A stretch of DNA of 64,000 nucleotides. Source: a virus. Of the stretch, positions 1 to 9,372 are shown piece after piece; the stretch's first letter is position 1; each line of letters opens with the position of its first letter. Under the pieces are notes generated by a model, which was given only the letters and a program-made list of their open reading frames with translations, made no database searches and had not been told where the DNA came from. The translations under genes and the position numbers were made by a program. Where the stretch lies: positions 1-64,000 of the IMG/VR virus record IMGVR_UViG_3300032282_006300; one strand, written 5' to 3'.

Positions 1-190
1 CCGGTTAGACCAGTAGCACCGGTTTGACCGTTATTACCGGTTAGACCAGTAGCACCGGTTTGACCGTTATTACCGGTTAGACCAGTAGCACCGGTTTGAC
101 CGTTATTACCGGTTGCACCAGTAGCACCGGTTTGACCGTTATTACCGGTTGCACCAGTAGCACCGGTTTGACCGTTATTACCGGTTGCAC
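1..190. repeat. 36-bp tandem repeat (5+ copies) encoding 12-aa collagen units
   Basis: ccggtt(ag/gc)accagtagcaccggtttgaccgttatta at 1, 37, 73, 109 and 145. Confidence 0.95.
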
Positions 191-386
191 CAATTTGACC
201 CGTGACACCTGTGGCGCCGGTGGCACCAAAACCAGTGGCTCCAGTTGGGCCAGTAGGGCCGGTGGGGCGTTCCTCAAAAGCATCCGTGATATCAGCAATG
301 CCTTGCTCAATGTGGTTCATATTCTCAGAGGAAATAGGCAGGTTAGAATTTTCTAACTGCTCCCACTCTTTAGGCGTATATGGCAT
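1..386 (-). CDS. Collagen-like (Gly-X-Y) tail fibre/virion protein, 3'-truncated by window edge
   Basis: Absent from the ORF track. ATG at 386 reads [32 protein letters not shown]...[10 protein letters not shown]...([12 protein letters not shown])n and stays open to position 1. Its N-terminus resembles ORF 949-1203. Confidence 0.85.
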   Translation of the reverse strand, partial: MPYTPKEWEQLENSNLPISSENMNHIEQGIADITDAFEERPTGPTGPTGATGFGATGATGVTGQIGATGNNGQTGATGATGNNGQTGATGATGNNGQTGATGLTGNNGQTGATGLTGNNGQTGATGLT

Positions 387-388
387 CG

Positions 389-880
389 CTATTCTCCCGG
401 GTACAAATCTGGACTTGGAAAAATAGATGCGGCTGGGTAAATAGCCGTAATGACGTTATTCAAAATCACAGTGTAAATCCATTGACCATCAACCTCGTGA
501 AACCAAATGTAGTTATCGTCATTAGTTGAAGGATTCTCCCCATAAAATACCGGAATGCCCTCATACAATTCCAGATCAGAAAGACGAGATTGGTAGTTTG
601 CGTACATTGGGAAAGATGGACCTTGGGTGCCCTTGCCGTAAAGTACTGTAATTTCAGGGTTTTCATCAGGACCCAAGAAAAAGGGGATTTTAAAATCTTC
701 CCCGATTTGAACCAAAGAATTGCTAATGGGAAAACCGTCAGTAGTTGTAATGTCTGCCGGAATGGTGCAAGCAGAATCGGCAAAAACCGTAATGCTATGA
801 CGGTTTGGGGCTAAGACTGCGGCGCCCGGTTCGGTATAGATCAAGGCTGTTTGGTCTGCTGGAAAAAGCAAGCGAGCCAT
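389..880 (-). CDS. Hypothetical virion/tail-associated protein
   Basis: 163-aa ORF with RBS GAGGA, downstream of a late-promoter motif, among structural genes. Confidence 0.6.
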   Translation of the reverse strand: MARLLFPADQTALIYTEPGAAVLAPNRHSITVFADSACTIPADITTTDGFPISNSLVQIGEDFKIPFFLGPDENPEITVLYGKGTQGPSFPMYANYQSRLSDLELYEGIPVFYGENPSTNDDNYIWFHEVDGQWIYTVILNNVITAIYPAASIFPSPDLYPGE

Positions 881-910
881 TCATCCTCCTTGACCAATAA
901 GGGTATACTT

Positions 911-947
911 CTACCCTTTCAGGGGCCTAGGTAAGGGTTGCGACAGG
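911..947 (-). promoter_or_regulatory. Putative phage late promoter (CCTGTC-N22-AAAGGGTAG)
   Basis: The same bipartite motif, spanning 36-37 bp, recurs upstream of at least 10 structural genes. Confidence 0.7.
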
Positions 948-948
948 A

Positions 949-1203
949 TTAAGGAGAACCCTCAAGGTCGTTACCTTCCGCATCTCGCCAAGTGGCTCCG
1001 TCAGACCAAATGGGGATAGAAAGATCTGTGTCATAGTATTGAAAACCCGGACCTACTTCTGCCGGATCAGGGCGATCAACTGTGTATCCATAAGCAAGTA
1101 CTGACGCGGCTTCAATACCGTCTTCCATATGATTTAGACGAGCGGCGACAATTGGAGTGTTTCCTGCACGCAAATCTACCCAAGTTTGTTTTTCGTAAGC
1201 CAC
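949..1203 (-). CDS. Small tail-fibre-associated protein
   Basis: N-terminal W...TPIxAARLNHMEDGI motif and C-terminal YYDTDLxxPIWSDGxxWRDAxG, typical of tail accessory proteins. Confidence 0.6.
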   Translation of the reverse strand: MAYEKQTWVDLRAGNTPIVAARLNHMEDGIEAASVLAYGYTVDRPDPAEVGPGFQYYDTDLSIPIWSDGATWRDAEGNDLEGSP

Positions 1204-1212
1204 AATATCTCC

Positions 1213-2103
1213 TTAGTACCAACGGGCCCAATAGCGAGGACGAGCCGCGACAGAACCAACAATACGAGTAGGTCCATAACGACCGTAAACACCACCACTT
1301 GCCAAAACGCGAGGGCGACCCAAACCAATGTGTGCAATTTTGAACACAGACAATTGGTTCTGGAACATTTCTTCTTCGTTCTGCATAACTGACTGCCAGC
1401 GATCCATGTAGTCACGACGGTCAAGGCGAGTGATCTGTCCACCAACAAACATTGGTTGCTCAACATAAGAACGAATCAGGTGTTTCAAAGTTTCGATGTA
1501 AAGCGCAGTTTCGAGCAATGGACCCCATTGGTCTAAAGGAAAAAGTTTTCCACCCTGATCCAGCGAGTAAGTCATGTATGGCTGAGCCATTGTGTTCAAA
1601 CGACCTAACGCAATTTTAAGTAATTGCGAAAGTCGAGCGCGACCAAAATATGTTTGAAAATAGGTCATCAAATTGGGGCCAGACTCAGGTGAGTCATAGG
1701 TGTCAGCGAAACGAATCCAAACACTATCTACAACGGCCTTCATCCCGGGAACAAGCATGTCGTATTCTGGGGCTACCGCACCAACTTCAATATACGTTTC
1801 AGTGTATTGAGCAATTGAGTCAATAGCAAAAGACCATCCAACGGTGTAATAACCGGGCTGAGAAGTTTGAGAACTGTTTAGTGTGTGATTGTAAAGCCCC
1901 GTACTTTCACGAACTGCAGGTACTTCGTTTGCTACAATGTCGTCTGTAGATTCATTCCGAATGGTTACGTTTACAGAACTACCATCTGGATCAGCAAGCA
2001 CTCCTGCTTTATGGACGCCCAAAACCAAAATATCTTGAGAAAATTGGCTAACGTATTGACGGTCCCGACCCGAATACGGTGTGTCCTCTAAAGATACGGG
2101 CAT
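1213..2103 (-). CDS. Putative head-tail adaptor/neck protein
   Basis: 296 aa. Position downstream of the capsid operon, Ig-like N-terminus, C-terminal DRRDYMDRW region recalling cluster C-like neck proteins. Confidence 0.5.
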   Translation of the reverse strand: MPVSLEDTPYSGRDRQYVSQFSQDILVLGVHKAGVLADPDGSSVNVTIRNESTDDIVANEVPAVRESTGLYNHTLNSSQTSQPGYYTVGWSFAIDSIAQYTETYIEVGAVAPEYDMLVPGMKAVVDSVWIRFADTYDSPESGPNLMTYFQTYFGRARLSQLLKIALGRLNTMAQPYMTYSLDQGGKLFPLDQWGPLLETALYIETLKHLIRSYVEQPMFVGGQITRLDRRDYMDRWQSVMQNEEEMFQNQLSVFKIAHIGLGRPRVLASGGVYGRYGPTRIVGSVAARPRYWARWY

Positions 2104-2111
2104 CTTTACCC

Positions 2112-2825
2112 CTACCTAATCGGAGTAACAGTGATTCGTTGAGCCGTTGTAGCGCCATCCCAATTTAGACCGCTCTTATAACCAGCACAATAAAAAGTGT
2201 GCCCCTTGGGGCTAGCCATTGTGGCTCCGGCACCAGCCAAGAATATTTCCGAACCGGAAAGCGAAACTGTTGCACCGGACGTACCGGTGTGTTCGATCTG
2301 GCTTATCTGTAACCTACCCTGAAGTGCAGAAAGAGTTCCTGTGTCAATTGTATTACCTGTTCTGTAAGCCCAACCAAAACAACCAACGTCGTCTTGTTGA
2401 CCCGCGGCGGCAGATTGCGTAACCGCTACTTGCCAACTGATAAGACAATATATTGGTCGGGTAAATGTTTTAAAAACATGTGTACCTGAATCAAGAATGG
2501 TTGGAGCGGCTGAAGTGGATGTATTTGAAATAGTTATATTTGCATCGGAATAGTCAGTTTGTGGGGTTGGCATAGCCCCATCGGCGATCAAAGAATAGTT
2601 ACTAGAGCCGATGTACTCATACAGGCGCTTGGTGTCGGTCTCAAAAATGAGACGGCCAATTTGATCGGTATCCCAATCTGGGTAGGCTGGACGAGTTGAA
2701 CTGGTGCAAACATGCACACCAGGAGCAGCATCCAATTTGCTCCAGTTTTGGTTAAACGGAGTTTCAGAAAACGGGTCGCCGCCATCGAAGGTATTCAAAT
2801 CTAGGCGCGTAGTGTTTCCAGCCAT
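2112..2825 (-). CDS. Minor tail/fibre-like protein
   Basis: N-terminus TTRLDL...FNQNWSKLD...STRP...GRLIFETDT is typical of actinophage minor tail proteins. Confidence 0.6.
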   Translation of the reverse strand: MAGNTTRLDLNTFDGGDPFSETPFNQNWSKLDAAPGVHVCTSSTRPAYPDWDTDQIGRLIFETDTKRLYEYIGSSNYSLIADGAMPTPQTDYSDANITISNTSTSAAPTILDSGTHVFKTFTRPIYCLISWQVAVTQSAAAGQQDDVGCFGWAYRTGNTIDTGTLSALQGRLQISQIEHTGTSGATVSLSGSEIFLAGAGATMASPKGHTFYCAGYKSGLNWDGATTAQRITVTPIR

Positions 2826-2845
2826 GCCAATCCTTTCCTAATCCT

Positions 2846-2881
2846 CTACCCTTTCAAGGGGTTCAAGGGGTTACCGACAGG
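2846..2881 (-). promoter_or_regulatory. Putative late promoter (CCTGTC-N21-AAAGGGTAG)
   Basis: Copy of the recurrent motif. Confidence 0.7.
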
Positions 2882-3135
2882 GAGATTCCTGCGTGCCGTC
2901 TATCATCTTCGCTCATGCCGCCCCAGACGCCATACGGCTCTTTATGTTTGACCACAAAATCTAGGCAATTGCTAATTACTGAACAAGATTTACAAACTTT
3001 TTTGGCTTTTCGGTCTCGCAATTCTTTTTCAACGCCCCGTTCGCCCTCTGGGTGGAAAAATAGGTCCGCAAATTTATCATCTTTACATGCGGCTTTTTCC
3101 ATCCAGAGTTCAGAATTCACAATTTGATCTCCCAT
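2863..3135 (-). CDS. whiB: WhiB-family Fe-S transcription factor (WhiB3/WhiD-like)
   Basis: WxxxAAC...FFHPEGERG...CxxC...C...YGVWGG motif with four conserved Cys. Confidence 0.95.
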   Translation of the reverse strand: MGDQIVNSELWMEKAACKDDKFADLFFHPEGERGVEKELRDRKAKKVCKSCSVISNCLDFVVKHKEPYGVWGGMSEDDRRHAGISLSVTP

Positions 3136-3191
3136 ATTTATTCTCCAATAATTACAGGTTTATCTTAACGTGTTCTAAATCACAAACTGAA

Positions 3192-5129
3192 CTAGGGTGC
3201 AGTTGGGGTTACTGGGTCCGAAGGCTCAGATAGGGCGCCTTCACCAAGAGCATTTACCGCAGAAATCCTGAAAGTGTACGTTGTGTCATTGGTCAAACCT
3301 GTAACAAGGTACCCTGCGGAAATATCTTCCCCTAAACCGGTAATAATGGTATCAACAAGTACGTCATCTATGTACACATACAAGATGTGATCAAGAATTG
3401 TTGATCCGCCATCAAACCCAGCAGACCAACCAAGTTCAACTTGTTCATCTCCAACACCCGACAATGCAGGGTTCAAACCTTCAGAAGCCGAAGGCACAGA
3501 GTCCTCAAAAGTCACAATAAACGGGGCAGGAGTTGGGCTAAAAATGTCATAATCATGGAAGTGCCAAACGAAAAATGTGTATTCTTTACCCTCGGTCAGA
3601 CCATCAAAAGAATGGAATGTGTCTGAGCCGTAAGAGCCTTCTTCAAAAAGTGCACCATTTTCCAAAACCGTAATGTAATAATATTCAGGTGGAGAAGCAG
3701 TATATTCTGACTCATCCCAAACAAGAGTGTATTCATCAGTGTTGGTACGCGAACCTCGAATGTTTCGTACAACGCTGGGTGAACCCGTGTATTGCTTCAA
3801 CGTGCCATCAACATTCCAGATACCATCAATTTTATCGCGGAGTTCAATGCCCTGCATACCGAATCCGGTTTCATCAGAGTTGAATGGCGTTACTTCGCCA
3901 GACCAGTCGCTGGGCTCACTGAAACCATTGACATTACGGGCAACAATTCGGGCCCGAACGGGAAGACTTGATTGGCATTGGATCAAAGTACCATAGTAAT
4001 GGTTATCAAATGAACCATAGCGTCCAGCACGGTGGGTTGTGCCATCGCTCAAGTAGATTTCGTAATCCAATGTTGGTGCGCCAGAAATGTCTTCCTGGGG
4101 ATACCAATATGCAAAAACACCACGGCTGGTTGGGTAAATGTAAATATTATCGACTTCGTTTGGCACTTGAATATTTGTCAGTGTTGTAGCGCCAATGGAG
4201 TAACTATCTGCAGTCACAGATGAGTTGACCGTTTTACGCAAATCTACACCAGTGGTAAATCCACCCAGAGTGTAAGTTGAGTCAAACAGTTCAACGCCTG
4301 GACCAAATTGATCCGGCTCACGGTAATTTGGGTTTACCGAAGGAACACCCAAGGCTTGGTTTTGTTCAGAAGTGTTTTTGGTTCCCGATTCATCAATGGT
4401 CGGCAAAATTTCACCTGTGCCACCAGGAGCGCCTGCGGTGTCGCTGGTCAAAGGCTCACGGTTAAGCGAGTCAGGAACATCGCCAATGTAGGTAAAACCT
4501 TCAGCGCTTACGCCAAAGATCTCAAAGTTTTCGTTGTCAACAACATTGCTACCCGGTGCACGGTAATCAATGTCAACGCCTGGATCTTCGGTGTTGAAAA
4601 GCGGAGGAACACTGCTATCAAAAGTGGTACCGCTGGTTACAGCAACATTGACTTGAACATCGCCATCTTGACCCTGAACATAAGTTGAATCAAAAAGGGT
4701 GCCATCAATGGTGTGAGGAGCAGGAGCCGCACCCGAACCCGTGGTGTATGGGTAGCGAAGGACGTATTCGCCCGCGTCCGCATCATCGTAGCCACCGACG
4801 CGAATGTAGTAAACAGTTCCGGGAATTGGATCGTAAATAATTTTAGATGAATTGTTCGGACCGCCGTCGTCATCGCTGTCAATTTCAGTCAAATCATCAA
4901 TGGCCGTGCCAGTGTAAATCCACAAGTAGGTGTCAAAACTTGAGCCAAAAGTGTCAATGATTGCGTCGCCAACAAAATTGTCCGGAGTAATCCAGATGTG
5001 CCAAGCCGTAGCCCAACCGCCATAATTTTCAGCATCCGGTTCATCAACTTCAGTAGTGTAGCCAATGTTGTTACCAACAAAAGTCGTACCGGCCAGAACT
5101 GTTGCATTGGCAAAATTATCGTTTGACAT
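3192..5129 (-). CDS. Acidic virion surface protein with PPC-like N-terminal domain and several fibronectin type III repeats
   Basis: NDNFANAT...DTFGSSFDTYLWIYTG...YYIRVGGY (PPC-like) and GLTNDTTYTFRISAVNALGEG (FN3). Confidence 0.8.
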   Translation of the reverse strand: MSNDNFANATVLAGTTFVGNNIGYTTEVDEPDAENYGGWATAWHIWITPDNFVGDAIIDTFGSSFDTYLWIYTGTAIDDLTEIDSDDDGGPNNSSKIIYDPIPGTVYYIRVGGYDDADAGEYVLRYPYTTGSGAAPAPHTIDGTLFDSTYVQGQDGDVQVNVAVTSGTTFDSSVPPLFNTEDPGVDIDYRAPGSNVVDNENFEIFGVSAEGFTYIGDVPDSLNREPLTSDTAGAPGGTGEILPTIDESGTKNTSEQNQALGVPSVNPNYREPDQFGPGVELFDSTYTLGGFTTGVDLRKTVNSSVTADSYSIGATTLTNIQVPNEVDNIYIYPTSRGVFAYWYPQEDISGAPTLDYEIYLSDGTTHRAGRYGSFDNHYYGTLIQCQSSLPVRARIVARNVNGFSEPSDWSGEVTPFNSDETGFGMQGIELRDKIDGIWNVDGTLKQYTGSPSVVRNIRGSRTNTDEYTLVWDESEYTASPPEYYYITVLENGALFEEGSYGSDTFHSFDGLTEGKEYTFFVWHFHDYDIFSPTPAPFIVTFEDSVPSASEGLNPALSGVGDEQVELGWSAGFDGGSTILDHILYVYIDDVLVDTIITGLGEDISAGYLVTGLTNDTTYTFRISAVNALGEGALSEPSDPVTPTAP

Positions 5130-5156
5130 TTCGCTACTTCCTACTTGTAGTGGTTA

Positions 5157-6737
5157 TCAGTCTTGAGCAATGATCGCGGCAGATGGCTCAGATTGAGCGC
5201 TGGTGCCTTCAGCATTTACTGCGGCAACCTTGAAAGTGTAAGAAGCAGCCGCAGTCAGGCCCGTCAAAGTTAGCAATTGATCATCATTACCGGTTGACTG
5301 AGTTGCCTCAGCCGTTACACCATTAAGGTAAGGAGTTACAATGTAGTCGGTAATTGCGGATCCACCTGTTTGATCCAAGTCCCAAGTAAGGTCAACCTCA
5401 CCGACACCGCTACCCGTAGATCCAGCGACATCAATTGGCGCCTTGGGAGCAGCATCTTCAAGCAAGTAGAAAACAATCTCGTTAGAAACCGGCGAATCTA
5501 GACCATCCTCGTTGATGGCAAAAACAAGTGCGCTGTAAGTGCAGTTAATGTCAAAACCATAGTTCATGTGCTTGTAGGTACTTGAAGTGCTCCAAGTGTC
5601 CCACCAACCTTCAGTCTCATTAACTAAAAATACAACGTAGAAATCTAGAGGCGAACCGCCCGAATATGTGGGCGCAGTCCATGCTAGGTCAATTTCGCCA
5701 TTACCAAGATAGGTAGTAGCGAGGCTCGTCGGAGCCGATGGAGCACCAGTTCCAGAAAGCAGGTTTCCGTAAGGGTCAACGATACCGGCCCGCTCATTCT
5801 CATCAGTGTATCCACCGGGCTTGTTTGAATCGTTCTCGTCTGGGTTCCAACCCTGAGCGGTGCTGGACCAAGAAGAAGGCTCACTTGTACCGTTGTCGTT
5901 AATTGCATAAACGCGAACCCGAACGTCCACATTGGGGAGTGCATCTAGGAATTTGCCAAAGAAAAATTCGTTGCGGCTGGCGCGGTAAGTACCACTAACA
6001 ACACTTGGGTAGTTGCCATCAAAAACTTCAGAAAGTTCAATGATGTATCCACGGATTGGGGCATTTTCCGGATCGGGTGATGGGGTCCAGAAAGCGCGAA
6101 CTCCACGAGATGCGTAGTTAAGCCAAGCACAATCAGGTGCATCCGGAACATTATCGTTTAGAACGGGAACTGCACCGTAGCCAGTTCCGATCTGCGAAGT
6201 CTCAACAGTTTCACTGTAATTGTAAGTGGTAGGAATTGGAGCAATGCCCGAACTTGCAATCGAGTCAGAGCGAGTGGTGTCTTTGATTGTTACCGGAGCG
6301 CCAATAAAAGGTTCACGGTAAACATTGTATGTCGGCTCAACACCCAAGGGCTGATCCACATTAGTCGTGGGGATCGTTTCTGAGATGTCGGTGTTAACGG
6401 GTGTCGTTGGGAAGAAATCGTTATTCACACCAGCGCTTGTAGTATCACTGGTTACATCTGCGGTGCCCTGCTCGTCGCCATTGTAATCGGTGTAACGACC
6501 AAAAACGGGCTGTTGATCAAGAGTGGGGTGAGGATCAGTACCAGCGCCACCACCGAAGATCGTGGTATCTGCGTTGCTTACTTCTGCAGATACATCACCT
6601 TCACCGGCAGTTCCATCAATGCCGCTGGCGTTTTCGGTGTCGGTAGTTACAGGCTCCCGATTAAGCGGATAACCTTCTCCGTCAACACTTACACCAAAAA
6701 TTGGGAAATTTTCATTCTCAATAACATTGCTTGGCAT
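5157..6737 (-). CDS. Virion surface protein with fibronectin type III repeats (paralogue of 3192-5129)
   Basis: FN3 motifs (LTGLTAAASYTFKVAAVNAEGTS). Shares ENENFxIFGVS and LNREP segments with its neighbour. Confidence 0.8.
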   Translation of the reverse strand: MPSNVIENENFPIFGVSVDGEGYPLNREPVTTDTENASGIDGTAGEGDVSAEVSNADTTIFGGGAGTDPHPTLDQQPVFGRYTDYNGDEQGTADVTSDTTSAGVNNDFFPTTPVNTDISETIPTTNVDQPLGVEPTYNVYREPFIGAPVTIKDTTRSDSIASSGIAPIPTTYNYSETVETSQIGTGYGAVPVLNDNVPDAPDCAWLNYASRGVRAFWTPSPDPENAPIRGYIIELSEVFDGNYPSVVSGTYRASRNEFFFGKFLDALPNVDVRVRVYAINDNGTSEPSSWSSTAQGWNPDENDSNKPGGYTDENERAGIVDPYGNLLSGTGAPSAPTSLATTYLGNGEIDLAWTAPTYSGGSPLDFYVVFLVNETEGWWDTWSTSSTYKHMNYGFDINCTYSALVFAINEDGLDSPVSNEIVFYLLEDAAPKAPIDVAGSTGSGVGEVDLTWDLDQTGGSAITDYIVTPYLNGVTAEATQSTGNDDQLLTLTGLTAAASYTFKVAAVNAEGTSAQSEPSAAIIAQD

Positions 6738-6767
6738 GGGCCTCTACCTTTTCCTTTGGGTTGCTGG

Positions 6768-7385
6768 TTATTCGGTGACGGCTGAATCTTCAGTTACCAC
6801 GGGGGCAACCTTTTCAACAACCTTCTTCTTACGAGTTGAACGCTTCTTCGCAATGGGGGGCATTGCAGACATGTCACCTTCGCCTGCAGTTGTTGCCTCC
6901 TCCGTCGGAGCCTCGACGGCATCCACCGTAGCATCGGTAGGCACATCAGTTACCTCTTCAACTACGGTTTCTGCCACCGGGGTTTCGGCAACAACTACAG
7001 GTTCGGGAATATCAACCGAGACATCAGCAACGACTGCTTCAGCAACCGGTGCTCCACCGAAAGAACGCTTGGTAAGTGTATTTCGACTTTTATCAGCCTT
7101 CAGGTCGGCAAGGGAAATCCCGTACTGAGCCTCAAGGATGTGCAGGATGTCTCCACCTGCGAGATTGGCAGAATGACCGATAACGGCATCCTTCAACTGT
7201 TGTGCTTTATTCTCAGCGACTTGCTCTTGCAATTTAGCCTCCTCAGCCAGGATTTCTTCACGAGTTTTTGGTTTAGTTTCAAAAATTTCGTGAACAAACG
7301 CGATGTTATCTGTGGTACCCGACTGAACACCAGTGGTATCAATGGTGCCAGAAATATCTGTGAGGTTTCGCTGAGTTTTAGCCAT
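6768..7385 (-). CDS. Hypothetical low-complexity acidic protein
   Basis: 205-aa ORF, translationally coupled to the upstream gene. Confidence 0.6.
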   Translation of the reverse strand: MAKTQRNLTDISGTIDTTGVQSGTTDNIAFVHEIFETKPKTREEILAEEAKLQEQVAENKAQQLKDAVIGHSANLAGGDILHILEAQYGISLADLKADKSRNTLTKRSFGGAPVAEAVVADVSVDIPEPVVVAETPVAETVVEEVTDVPTDATVDAVEAPTEEATTAGEGDMSAMPPIAKKRSTRKKKVVEKVAPVVTEDSAVTE

Positions 7386-7747
7386 TACAGTACGCCCTCA
7401 CCCTTTTCGTCGGGGAAAGTAGCGGTAAAAATTGGTTCTTCAGTTTTCTCATCAATTACGGAAGTTTCTGCAGAGTTATTTGAGTCACTGCGAGCCTTCC
7501 AGGAGTCAACTTGTTTCTTCAGTGCCTCAACAATGGCAGGATCATTGGCGTCGTCTTCAACGACGAGAATTCCGCGCTGAACTGCACGCAGGAATTGCGG
7601 GGTGTTTACAATCTCATCGGGGGCTGGTTGAACATCGTTTCCCTGGGGGTCATTTGCGGCTTGCCACTCAACATAGTGAGTGCCCTTGGGGTCTGACGAT
7701 AGGACAAAAAGGCCCGGAAGTGTGTTCCTGACCATCGTTACAGGCAT
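7385..7747 (-). CDS. Conserved phage protein in the head operon
   Basis: MPVTMVRNT start with AAGGAG RBS, late promoter upstream. Confidence 0.6.
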   Translation of the reverse strand: MPVTMVRNTLPGLFVLSSDPKGTHYVEWQAANDPQGNDVQPAPDEIVNTPQFLRAVQRGILVVEDDANDPAIVEALKKQVDSWKARSDSNNSAETSVIDEKTEEPIFTATFPDEKGEGVL

Positions 7748-7780
7748 GATGTGCTCCTTTGCACTAGATGTAGATGCCTT

Positions 7781-7816
7781 ACACCCTTTCGTGGTCACTA
7801 GAGGGGGTCAGACAGG
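7781..7816 (-). promoter_or_regulatory. Putative late promoter (CCTGTC-N21-AAAGGGTGT)
   Basis: Copy of the recurrent motif. Confidence 0.6.
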
Positions 7817-7881
7817 AAGTGAAAGGTTCACAAGAAGGCTGTAATTAAACGGTTTAAAGAACCGGGCTTACAAGCCTTCGG

Positions 7882-8160
7882 TTAGATGTTATCTTCAATA
7901 TAACTTACGCGAGAGTCTAGGTCTTGAATATAAGGCGCAGCCTCAAAAACCGAAACAACCAAGGGGTAAGCACTGCGATCTGGATCGGACTCTGCTGAAG
8001 CAGAAGTATCCAATACTCGGTCATTAAAATCGGTATCTGTAAGCGTGGCAAATTCGGCATCGGTCAAAACCACCGTGTCGCCTCCATTGTAAGTGCCACC
8101 GGCACCCACAGGAAGCCACACGTTGGTGAATCCGGGCAGAACAGTAACTGGTTGACCCAT
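7882..8160 (-). CDS. Small putative virion protein
   Basis: 92-aa ORF with AAGGAG RBS, late promoter upstream. Confidence 0.6.
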   Translation of the reverse strand: MGQPVTVLPGFTNVWLPVGAGGTYNGGDTVVLTDAEFATLTDTDFNDRVLDTSASAESDPDRSAYPLVVSVFEAAPYIQDLDSRVSYIEDNI

Positions 8161-8178
8161 GAGGTACTCCTTTAGTTT

Positions 8179-8214
8179 CTACCCCTTAGACGGGCGCACA
8201 AGGCCGCTAACAGG
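8179..8214 (-). promoter_or_regulatory. Putative late promoter (CCTGTT-N21-AAGGGGTAG)
   Basis: Copy of the recurrent motif. Confidence 0.6.
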
Positions 8215-8219
8215 GTATG

Positions 8220-8591
8220 TCACTTACCGATTTTAGTTTGGATGTCCTCCGTCATATTGTGGATCTGCTGGGCCAGATCGTAAATTTGTTCGTTGATATG
8301 GGTATTTTCTTCCAATTCTACCTCTTGGCGATGAAATTCATGTTCCGTTTTTTTCTGTTGTATGTTAGATAAACGGTTTTGGCCGATCATCACAAAGGTG
8401 GAAAGAAAGATAGCCTCTAGGGAGACTACAAGGGTTAAAGTGGGCCAAGGATCTTTTTCTACAAAGATCATCCAAATACCAAAAATGGCTACAGAAATGT
8501 AAACAAATTTCATGGATCCAGCAAATGCAGTAATTTTATCTGCAATAATCAACTGGGAATCAATAAACTTTTTGATATATTTTTTAGACAT
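8220..8591 (-). CDS. DUF1003-family membrane protein
   Basis: ADKITAFAGS...PWPTLTLVVSLEAIFLSTFVMIGQNR signature. Confidence 0.85.
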   Translation of the reverse strand: MSKKYIKKFIDSQLIIADKITAFAGSMKFVYISVAIFGIWMIFVEKDPWPTLTLVVSLEAIFLSTFVMIGQNRLSNIQQKKTEHEFHRQEVELEENTHINEQIYDLAQQIHNMTEDIQTKIGK

Positions 8592-8651
8592 ATATATCAA
8601 ACCCCCTATCTAATAATTACATGGAGATAGGGGGACTTAGGTAGTTTCGTT

Positions 8652-9089
8652 TTAAGCGTGTAAAGATGCCCGCAATTGCCAAGACCATTTTTGGTGCATG
8701 TCAATGCGTTCTGCAATAAAGTTTGCTACGCCTTGTTCGTTTTCTTCATTAGCAACATTAAATGCTTGTTTCAGTTTAGCAATCAACATATCGTTGGACT
8801 GTAGAAGGTCCGAAGTCATAGTTTGTGCATTTGAGGTAACATCACTTTCAGGAAGTGTGCTCAACTCAAGAACGCGAGAAATCTTGTAGGGAGCATAGTC
8901 ACCAAGTTTACGAATGTTTTCTGCAAAAGGATCAATGCTTCCATCAGCATCTACGTAAATGTTCTCAAACAATGCGTGGTATTCGGAGAAATCTTTGCCT
9001 TCCACGTTCCAATGGTATCCGTGGGCTTTGAACTTAAACACAACAAGGTCGGCAACAAGAACCTTGAGGTTCTCGGTAAGTTCAGACAT
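8652..9089 (-). CDS. dps: Dps (DNA-protecting mini-ferritin)
   Basis: KAHGYHWNVEG..F..YH..FE..Y...ID..AE.IR.LG ferroxidase motifs and K..W.L end. Start MSELTE with AGGAG RBS. Confidence 0.92.
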   Translation of the reverse strand: MSELTENLKVLVADLVVFKFKAHGYHWNVEGKDFSEYHALFENIYVDADGSIDPFAENIRKLGDYAPYKISRVLELSTLPESDVTSNAQTMTSDLLQSNDMLIAKLKQAFNVANEENEQGVANFIAERIDMHQKWSWQLRASLHA

Positions 9090-9212
9090 TTTTCTCCTTA
9101 GTTCTTCAAACTTTCGGAGTTGATTTAAGTGATTACACAGTACCCCGCCACGGTAACGATCCGTGTTCCTCAGATTAAAAGTCTGATGCATCACCTTAAT
9201 GCTTGCAGGGCG

Positions 9213-9286
9213 CGACCCTGATCGGACTCGAACCGACGACATCCACCGTGACAGGGTGGCACTCTAACCAACTGAGTTACAAGGCC
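9213..9286 (-). tRNA. tRNA-Asp (GTC)
   Basis: GGCCTTGTAACTCAGTTGGTTAGAGTGCCACCCTGTCACGGTGGATGTCGTCGGTTCGAGTCCGATCAGGGTCG folds as a cloverleaf with anticodon GTC and a TTCGA T-loop. No encoded CCA. Confidence 0.93.
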
Positions 9287-9316
9287 TAGCAAAACAAACA
9301 TACACCATAAGTTTAG

Positions 9317-9357
9317 AAAAACCAAAAAGCCCCGGTGCCAAAGCACCGGAGCCTTTT
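9317..9357 (-). terminator. Rho-independent terminator after major capsid gene
   Basis: GCTCCGGTGC-TTTG-GCACCGGGGC hairpin followed by a T tract. Confidence 0.8.
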
Positions 9358-9372
9358 GTTAGACCTAAAAAA

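Noticed and set aside
77-426. ORF-track proteins 77-310, 96-356 and 202-426
   Set aside because: These are alternative frames of the 36-bp collagen repeat. The real frame starts at 386 on the minus strand.
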